Shown: one piece after another, positions 56,716 to 64,000 of the stretch
How the letters are laid out: each line of letters starts with the position of its first letter
Numbering within the stretch: position 1 is the first letter of the stretch
Origin: Calditrichia bacterium
GTDB taxonomy: Bacteria; Calditrichota; Calditrichia; JAJRVZ01
Direction: 5' to 3'
Length of the DNA: 64,000 bases
Assembly (NCBI GenBank): GCA_963796965.1
Contig: CAWCNS010000016.1
Location: 1 to 64,000 of the forward strand
Position numbers and translations under genes: made by a program
Notes under the pieces: model-generated
Told to the model about the DNA's origin: nothing
The model's input: the letters and a program-made list of their open reading frames with translations, nothing else
The model's database searches: none

Positions 56716-57734
56716 TGAACTTAAAAGATCTTGGCTGGAATCGGCATTTTAGTATTCATTTTAAAAACTTTAAGGAGCAGGGCCTAATTCCGGCCCGCGT
56801 GTTCACTGAAGGGCGTAAAAATTATACTCTTTTTTCAAAAAAGGGAGAACTCAGCGCCAACGCACGCGGCCTCCTCTGGCATCAGAAAAGCACGAAGACC
56901 GAAACACCTGTAGTGGGTGACTGGGTTGCGATTGAACTCTTACCTGAGAAAAATATTGCTCTTATTAAAGCAGTCATTCGAAGGAAAAATAGTTTCTCAC
57001 GAAGAACGTCTGGCGGAAGGAAAAAAATAGGTGGGGGAGAGGTATCAGAACAAATTATTGCTGCCAATGTTGATCTTGCTCTGATTGTGGTTGGGTTAGA
57101 CCGTGATTTTAATCTTAGACGCATTGAACGGTACATGACCCTTGTTCAGAGCAATGGTGCAGAGCCAATTATTATTCTGAATAAATCAGATCTTTGTGAC
57201 GAAAAACAAATAAGAAAAAAAGAAGTTAAAAAGTTATTCCCCAATACCAATGTTCGAACGCTGGTTGCCTTAAATAAGAAAGACGTTTCCTCCTTAAAAA
57301 AATTTATTAAACCGGGGATGACTGTTGCCGTTTTAGGTTCTTCAGGCGTTGGCAAATCTACTCTAATCAATCAATTGCTTGGCTATGATAAACAATTTGT
57401 TAAAAATATCAGTAATAAAGCAGGGAAAGGGCAGCACACCACAAGCCATCGTGAACTAATAATTCTTCCTGAAGGAGGAATTATTATGGATAATCCGGGA
57501 ATGAGGGAGATCCAGCTCTGGGGTGATGAAGAGGATTTATGGGAAACGTTTGCGGATATTGATCATCATGCTCAGGAGTGTAAATTCAGAAATTGTCGTC
57601 ATGAAAATGAGCCCCAATGTGCCGTTAGGGATGCCGTTGATAGTGGAAAAGTTGATAAAAAACGATTTGATAATTATCTAAAACTTCGTTCAGAGCTGGG
57701 TGAACTCCAAAAAAAACAGCAGAAAAAACGATGA
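56712..57734 (+). CDS. rsgA: Ribosome small subunit-dependent GTPase A
   Basis: Circularly permuted GTPase: NKSD, GSSGVGKST, GQHTT, DNPGMRE, CKFRNCRHENEPQC. Confidence 0.96.
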   Translation: MMNLKDLGWNRHFSIHFKNFKEQGLIPARVFTEGRKNYTLFSKKGELSANARGLLWHQKSTKTETPVVGDWVAIELLPEKNIALIKAVIRRKNSFSRRTSGGRKKIGGGEVSEQIIAANVDLALIVVGLDRDFNLRRIERYMTLVQSNGAEPIIILNKSDLCDEKQIRKKEVKKLFPNTNVRTLVALNKKDVSSLKKFIKPGMTVAVLGSSGVGKSTLINQLLGYDKQFVKNISNKAGKGQHTTSHRELIILPEGGIIMDNPGMREIQLWGDEEDLWETFADIDHHAQECKFRNCRHENEPQCAVRDAVDSGKVDKKRFDNYLKLRSELGELQKKQQKKR

Positions 57735-57789
57735 ATCCGTGGCATGTAGGGGTAGACCCATGTGTCTGCCATTATAATTGATCTGACTA

Positions 57790-59094
57790 TTAAAAAACAA
57801 CCCCAACTTCCAATATTAACTGCCCACGCCAATCACGATTAAAACCATAATCTATACGGAATATTTCAACATAGGGTAAATGGAAAAGAATTCCGAATCC
57901 AAAACCTGTCTTATAATTATTTATATGATGTTCAAGTGGATTGCTCCATATAATGCCCGAATCAACAAAAAGTGAGGCACTTACACCAAATTTTAAATTA
58001 TGCAAATATTGCTCTGGAAGAGGAGGAACGTTTAAGGAAAAATACTGAACCGGTATAATATTAAACCGGGTTTCTGCACTGAGGATCTGAACATGACGGC
58101 CCTCAGCGGACTCATAAAAATGCCCTCTTATCCTTTCAGAATAACCTATATAGTTCATTCGATATACGGGTACATTTCCAAATAAAGAATTTTGATAGAA
58201 ACGACCCGCCAAAATAATAGGTCCTACTTCTTGATATTTCCTGAGATCTACTTCAACCCGGTTGTAGTGGTTATATGTTTCAAATAGACCATAATTAAAT
58301 AATTTTATGTTATTAAACCATCCATCAGAAGGATAGTAGTATAAATCGCGTGTATCATGGCGGATTGAGAACTCAACGCCAAATGTGTGTTCAACGAACT
58401 TGCCCGATTGCATCAAATATTGAAATTGAGGGTCTACTTTTATGCGATCATAATGAAATGTAGCGGCCGTATTAAAATGATGTCCCCACCATTTGCCAAG
58501 CATGATATTGCCTGTTATATGACTCTCTTCAAAATCCGGTATAGTTCTATGTGTAATATTTGATTTCGTAATACTAAATCCAGTATTAAGATGAAGAGAA
58601 TCCCCGGCCCATTGATCAGAAAATCTAATTCCAAAACCAGGGCGATAGCCAAACCAGAATCCTAGCCAAACCCTTTCGTTCTGACCGCGAAAGTTCTGAT
58701 CAATAGCACTTAAACCATAGGACCATTTACTCCAGTCACGTTCATGGATGGTTAATATAGGTAGGGGATAAAAATAAATCTTTTCTGTTACTTCAATTAA
58801 AAGAATAAGGCTCTTCTCATCCTGGGGATAGAGTTTAAACTCAACGCGATTGAAGAGATACAGGTTCATTAATCGCTGACGTGACTCCTGTAATTTCTCT
58901 TCATTGGGGATATCTCCAACGTGAACCAACAATTCCCTTACTATCACATTGTCACCCGTAACCTCATTACCCATAATAACAATATTCTGGATAGTTTTAG
59001 TGCTGTCCTGACTTTTTAGTATGGAGAAATTGATAAAGAAGAATAAAAAAATAAAAAAAATATATGTGGATTGAGTTTTGTTTTTGATTTTCAT
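57790..59094 (-). CDS. Omp85/TamA-family outer-membrane protein with a single POTRA domain
   Basis: GNEVTGDNVIVREL..RLMNLYLFNRV POTRA; HDTRDLYYYPSDG, IRG; C-terminal F. Confidence 0.85.
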   Translation of the reverse strand: MKIKNKTQSTYIFFIFLFFFINFSILKSQDSTKTIQNIVIMGNEVTGDNVIVRELLVHVGDIPNEEKLQESRQRLMNLYLFNRVEFKLYPQDEKSLILLIEVTEKIYFYPLPILTIHERDWSKWSYGLSAIDQNFRGQNERVWLGFWFGYRPGFGIRFSDQWAGDSLHLNTGFSITKSNITHRTIPDFEESHITGNIMLGKWWGHHFNTAATFHYDRIKVDPQFQYLMQSGKFVEHTFGVEFSIRHDTRDLYYYPSDGWFNNIKLFNYGLFETYNHYNRVEVDLRKYQEVGPIILAGRFYQNSLFGNVPVYRMNYIGYSERIRGHFYESAEGRHVQILSAETRFNIIPVQYFSLNVPPLPEQYLHNLKFGVSASLFVDSGIIWSNPLEHHINNYKTGFGFGILFHLPYVEIFRIDYGFNRDWRGQLILEVGVVF

Positions 59095-59255
59095 GATTTA
59101 ATTATTTATAAACCGGACGCTCTTTTCTTTTGATCTTAAATTAAATAATAGAGCGGATGTTCCTAAAATATTTCTTTTTTATTAAAATGATTGAATTATT
59201 AACTGATTAGCATTTAATTTAACGCCAGTGAATTGAAATTCAAAAATAATAAAAG

Positions 59256-60650
59256 ATGTATAACCATAAGATTTATTCCATTATTATTCTCTTATTTTCT
59301 TCGATCATATATTTTATAATCGGATTCTTAGACGATTATAAGAGCCAGATTGAAGTATATTTCGCCCTGATAATTCCACTTTTTATATTTTATGGAATCC
59401 TTGTTTACAAAATCATAAATACCCGTATTTCAACGGGTTGGGTAATGATCACTTTTTTTGCCACTGCAATTATTGTACGTCTTTTGCTGATACCCTCAGA
59501 ACCCGTACTTTCAGATGATGTCTACCGTTATTTATGGGATGGAAGAGTAAATTCTGCGGGAATAAATCCCTATCAATTTACTCCGGATAGTAATGAGTTG
59601 AAATCCCTCCGAGATGAAACAATTTACCCCAAAATAAATTTTCCGGAAATTGCCACGGTCTATCCACCCCTTTCACAATTTTATTTTCTTATTAATGAGT
59701 GGATTGGAGGTAATCTTCTTTCGTGGAAGTTATTATTATTGATGATGGAGGTTTTAGTTTGGGTTTTGCTAATCAGGCTTCTTAATTATTTTGATATTCA
59801 CAAATCAAGAATTTTTATTTTTATATATAATCCACTGTTAATAATTGAGACTTACCAAAGTGCTCATCTTGAGATCATTGGCGTCTTTTTTTTCTGGTTG
59901 GCTATATACGAATTTTATAAAAAGCATGATTGGAGAAGTGTCTTCTTTTATACATTATCGATTCTAACGAAATTTCTCCCCTTATTCTCCGGGATTGTTC
60001 TATTTTGGAATAAAACATCCCGTAAAATATTGTTAATGCTGGGTATAACTCTTGTTCTTTTGTTGCCATTCAGTTTGTCCGAATCCATTCCTCTTCCCGG
60101 ATTATTCTCATATCTAAATCGCTGGGAGTTTAATGGTGCTTCCTTCCAACTCATCGATTCCCTTTTTAAAATGATTCATCTACCGGAATACAAGTGGATG
60201 ACCCTTGACCTGAGTGGTCATTCCGAAACCTTCCATGTGGGAACCGGGTATTACTACAAAATAATTGCAGCAATCTTTTTTATTATCTTGGTCTTTGCCC
60301 AGTTGAATAAATTACAGGCCACAGCGAGATTTCGCACGATTTCATTTCTCCAAACCAGTTTCGTATTTACAGGGGCTATTTTGCTCCTGACTCCCACATT
60401 ATACCCCTGGTATATCATTTGGATTCTCCCTTTTCTTGTTTTCATACCAAATATCTCCTGGCTCCTTTTTTCTTTCCTCATTCAATTCTCATATTTTATC
60501 CTAAAGAGTTATAATGTGTCAGGAATCTGGGAAGAGTCCGTCTGGATTCTCCTGCTCGAATATGTGCCATTTTACCTGCTTTTAATCTTTGAGTATTTGG
60601 ATAAGAGTAATATTAGAGGATGGTTTATTAGAAAGGGCAATATAATTTAG
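59256..60650 (+). CDS. GT-C membrane glycosyltransferase (GT87-like)
   Basis: LSDDVYRYLWDGRV..GINPY, TVYPP, NPL, PTLYPWY; multiple TM segments. Confidence 0.85.
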   Translation: MYNHKIYSIIILLFSSIIYFIIGFLDDYKSQIEVYFALIIPLFIFYGILVYKIINTRISTGWVMITFFATAIIVRLLLIPSEPVLSDDVYRYLWDGRVNSAGINPYQFTPDSNELKSLRDETIYPKINFPEIATVYPPLSQFYFLINEWIGGNLLSWKLLLLMMEVLVWVLLIRLLNYFDIHKSRIFIFIYNPLLIIETYQSAHLEIIGVFFFWLAIYEFYKKHDWRSVFFYTLSILTKFLPLFSGIVLFWNKTSRKILLMLGITLVLLLPFSLSESIPLPGLFSYLNRWEFNGASFQLIDSLFKMIHLPEYKWMTLDLSGHSETFHVGTGYYYKIIAAIFFIILVFAQLNKLQATARFRTISFLQTSFVFTGAILLLTPTLYPWYIIWILPFLVFIPNISWLLFSFLIQFSYFILKSYNVSGIWEESVWILLLEYVPFYLLLIFEYLDKSNIRGWFIRKGNII

Positions 60651-60726
60651 TGATAGAAATATCTCTCATCGGGCTCTGCGTTTAGATGATATTTTACTTG
60701 AAAACCAGATTAAATGTGTTGATTGG

Positions 60727-61581
60727 TTATGGCGTGTCTGTAAATCTAATATACTTTTCTTTCAACATTGTGTAATATTTTACCTCTCCTGCTTTTTCAC
60801 GTTTATTTGCGCCGAGTAGATATATATTTATTTTTTTTAAAAGCATTTGAATCGCAGACTGTTTCTTCTTTCTGGATAAATCAGACATGTTAATGATCTT
60901 TTCCAATGCTTGTATTCTAAAACGATCAATACCCCAGTATTTATGAGAAAGTTGATCGCTATGACCCCCATATTTTATTATCTGGGCTTCTGAAAGATAA
61001 AGAACGGGTAGGAAAGCACTTATCCGTAACCATAGATCGTAATCTTCACATACGGGAAGAGATTCATCAAACAAGCCAAAGGAGTCAAAGACAGATCGGT
61101 GTATGATCACGGAAGAAGGGGACATTACACAGAGGGGTAAACATTTTTCGAAAATTTCTCCGCCAAACTTTTCATGCTTCTTGCCTTGATTAACGCGCCG
61201 GCCATGTCTGATCCATATTTCATTTGTATGACATATTTTATACAGGGATTGTTTGTTGAGGGCATCTAATTGTTTCTCTAATTTTTGGGGGAGCCATTCA
61301 TCATCCGAATCAAGAAATGCTATCCACTCACCTTTTGCGGTCCGGATTCCAAGATTTCGGGCGCTGCTTATTCCAGTGTTTTTCTGATACAGGTAAGATA
61401 CATGAGGATATGATTCCTTGATAAAAATATCTGTGTCATCAGTGGATCCATCATCGATGATAATAATTTCATCTGCCGGCTTGCTTTGGTTTAGCACGGA
61501 ATCAATTGCCCGCCCGAGGACCGGGCGTCGATTATAGGTAGGAATTATAACAGAAATAGAGTTTGTATTAAATGATGACAT
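60727..61581 (-). CDS. Glycosyltransferase family 2
   Basis: SVIIPTYNR, DDGSTD, ARNLG, FLDSDD, EDYDLWLR. Confidence 0.95.
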   Translation of the reverse strand: MSSFNTNSISVIIPTYNRRPVLGRAIDSVLNQSKPADEIIIIDDGSTDDTDIFIKESYPHVSYLYQKNTGISSARNLGIRTAKGEWIAFLDSDDEWLPQKLEKQLDALNKQSLYKICHTNEIWIRHGRRVNQGKKHEKFGGEIFEKCLPLCVMSPSSVIIHRSVFDSFGLFDESLPVCEDYDLWLRISAFLPVLYLSEAQIIKYGGHSDQLSHKYWGIDRFRIQALEKIINMSDLSRKKKQSAIQMLLKKINIYLLGANKREKAGEVKYYTMLKEKYIRFTDTP

Positions 61582-61643
61582 AGATTTATATTCTAAGTTA
61601 GGAATTAGGAATTTAGACTAATTTGTTGATTTCTAAATTGTAA

Positions 61644-61730
61644 ATCTCGTATCTCGTATCTCGTATCTCATATCTCATATCTCATATCCCGATTCCTGTA
61701 TCCCGTATCCCAAATCCCAAATCGCCGATC
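61644..61730. repeat. Heptamer tandem repeat (ATCTCGT/ATCTCAT/ATCCCGT variants, ~12 units)
   Basis: Read directly from the sequence, in an intergenic gap. Confidence 0.9.
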
Positions 61731-61739
61731 TCATCTGTT

Positions 61740-63162
61740 TTAAACATTCATAACCAATAATTTTAATTCCGTCATTTCTTCCATGGCAAAACGGACACCT
61801 TCGCGCCCCATTCCAGATAATTTTGTTCCACCATAAGGCATGGGATCGACACGGTAGGTTGGTACATCTCCAATGACCAAGCCTCCTACTTCTAACATTT
61901 CATATGCTTCAAATATAATTGCTGCATTTAGAGTAAATAATCCTGCCTGCAAACCGAAGTCAGAATTGTTTACCTGCTTCAAAGCCTCCTGAATATCATC
62001 ATAGGTATAGACAACTGTCAAAGGAGCGAAGACCTCCTGGCAACTCACCTTCATCGAAGGATCAACGTTACTGAGAATCGTTGGCATAATAAAATTTCCT
62101 TTACTTTCACCTCCAACCTCTATCCTCGCTCCACCACCCGTTGCTTCATCTATCCATTTATTAACACGATCTACTTCACTTTTATTAATCATTGGACCGA
62201 CGAAGGTGTCTTCAGCCGCAGGATCACCTACTTTTAGGTTACGAACGATATCACAAAATTTATCCATAAATTTCTTGTAAATTTTTTGATGTACGAAAAT
62301 TCGCTGTACGGATATACAATTTTGACCGCTTTGAACATACCCTCCCATTGCACATCGCTCCGCAGCAAAATTGATATCAGCATCATCGTGGATAATGACA
62401 CCAGCATTTCCCCCCAATTCTAACGTTACCTGCTTACGACCCGCCTTGTTTTTAATAGCCCAGCCAACTTCAGGGCTACCTGTAAAGGTTACCATCCTAA
62501 TCCTGTCATCCTCAAGCAAAATATGTGCATCAATTGAAGCAGCTGGAATTACATTAAGTGTTCCTGCCGGCCAACCGGCTTTTTCTATGGATTGAGCCAA
62601 TCGAAGGGCAGAGAGAGGGGTTTGAGACGCAGGTTTTAGAATCATTGTATTTCCGGAGGCAAGGGCCGGGGCGACCTTGTGACAAACAAGATTGAGTGGG
62701 AAGTTAAAGGGAGAGATGCCCAGAATAGGTCCGATTGGAAATCGTCTCAGAAGGGCCCAACGACCCTCAGATGCCGCTTCGAAGTCCAGAGGCATGTGCT
62801 CCCCACGTAATCGTTTAGACTCTTCTAATGCATCGGTAAACGTTGAAACTGCCCTTGCAGCTTCTCCCCGGGCGGTTTTTATGGGCTTTGCCGATTCTTC
62901 ACTGATAATTTCTGCAAATTCTTCCTGGTTCTCGCGGAGGTCATCTATAATGAGTTGTAATTTTTCAATTCTTTCATAGAGGGGCATTTTTCGCGTAAAA
63001 GAGAAGGCCTCAACAGCACCCCGAATGGAATCCTCAATATCTTGTTTGCCGGGGCGGTACGTTTTACCAACAACGTGCTCATCAAAGGGAGAGTAAATCT
63101 GTCAATTCTGTATTCGACTTCCGTAACTCCCCATTAATATACATGGGAAAATCATACGTCAT
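61740..63162 (-). CDS. NAD(P)-dependent aldehyde dehydrogenase (frameshift ~63105)
   Basis: SPFNFP, FTGS, LELGGNA, GQNCIS, EVFAP. True start MTYDFP at 63162 with an AGGAG RBS. Confidence 0.92.
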
Positions 63163-63420
63163 TTCGATCTCCTTTCAAGATATGGGAACGACTCAAGATA
63201 AAAAAAAATATCATCTGGAAAAAGAAGAACCCAGAAAATTTTAATATCCAGTTGTTTCAAATTAGTATGATACCTAATTTTACAAATACTTCATTTCAAT
63301 CTTAATAAATCCAAATAATAGGTCAGTTTTTATCAAAACAAGATGTACTAACGTAAACTAATTACGGATCAGCTTTAATATTCATCAGTTACATGTATTT
63401 GCAAATGATGTGGAGGAACT

Positions 63421-64000
63421 ATGACTAAAATTATTTCTTTTCTTTTTGTTCTCTTTTTGTTTTTAAATATCTATGCACAACAGAAAAATATTCAATTTGT
63501 AGAATATGATTTGTCTAATGGCTTACATGTGATTCTACATCAGGATGATACGACACCGATAGTAGCGGTGTCAATAATGTATCATGTGGGATCAAAAAAT
63601 GAGGATCCGGAAAGAACAGGATTTGCACATTTTTTTGAACATTTGATGTTTTCTGAAACAAAAAATATTGGGGAAGGGGAATATACCCGTCTTGTTCAGA
63701 ATGCCGGCGGTACATTAAATGCTTTTACCTCTTTTGATCAAACCTATTATTATCAGATATTACCGTCCAATCAAATAGCTTTGGGGTTGTGGTTAGAATC
63801 GGAGCGCATGAACAATCTTAAAATAACGGATAAAGAAGTGGAGACCCAACGCAAAGTCGTAAAGGAAGAACGAAAGAAACGTTATGAGAACGAACCCTAT
63901 GGTTCATTCTTAGAACAGATGTTTAAGCGTGCCTTCACAACACATCCGTACCGTTGGATTCCGATTGGCCAGACACAATATATCGATCAGGCCAAAGTAG
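63421..64000 (+). CDS. M16 (pitrilysin-family) zinc peptidase, 3' end outside window
   Basis: Manual translation MTKIISFLFVL..LSNGLHVILH..YHVGSKNE..GFAHFFEHLMF..NAFTSFDQT; GGAGG RBS. Confidence 0.93.
   Translation, partial: MTKIISFLFVLFLFLNIYAQQKNIQFVEYDLSNGLHVILHQDDTTPIVAVSIMYHVGSKNEDPERTGFAHFFEHLMFSETKNIGEGEYTRLVQNAGGTLNAFTSFDQTYYYQILPSNQIALGLWLESERMNNLKITDKEVETQRKVVKEERKKRYENEPYGSFLEQMFKRAFTTHPYRWIPIGQTQYIDQAKV

Overview
This is a bacterial chromosome segment of roughly 40% GC (by eye). T9SS-like C-terminal sorting domains and a PorV-family gene suggest an FCB-related lineage, possibly Calditrichota (inference). Many genes are split by single-base frameshifts, most likely long-read errors. 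Contents in order: a Wzi-like gene end, a tandem GNAT, tRNA-Ser(GCT), a ~10.8 kb giant Ig-repeat surface protein gene followed by PorV-TPR and RsbW-like genes, and tRNA-Ser(TGA). The tRNA-Ser(TGA) has a degenerate 5' copy upstream and two 3'-half (att-like) copies downstream that delimit integrase-free one-gene cassettes. Further on are secreted carbohydrate-active and peptidase genes, a candidate sRNA, a ribulokinase/FucI-like/SSS sugar locus, hydA, an RND system, rsgA, glycosyltransferases, an ALDH and the start of an M16 peptidase. The most striking signal is intergenic. Most gaps hold mosaics of repeat families: GTAG-REPs, 9-bp-periodic inverted repeats, heptamer tandems, TCCCGA..TCGGGA hairpins and a MITE with 9-bp TSDs. 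At two loci the gap is doubled around a hybrid fragment made of diverged, codon-conserving copies of both flanking gene ends. That pattern fits integration of small circular 'intergenic cassettes' from related strains.
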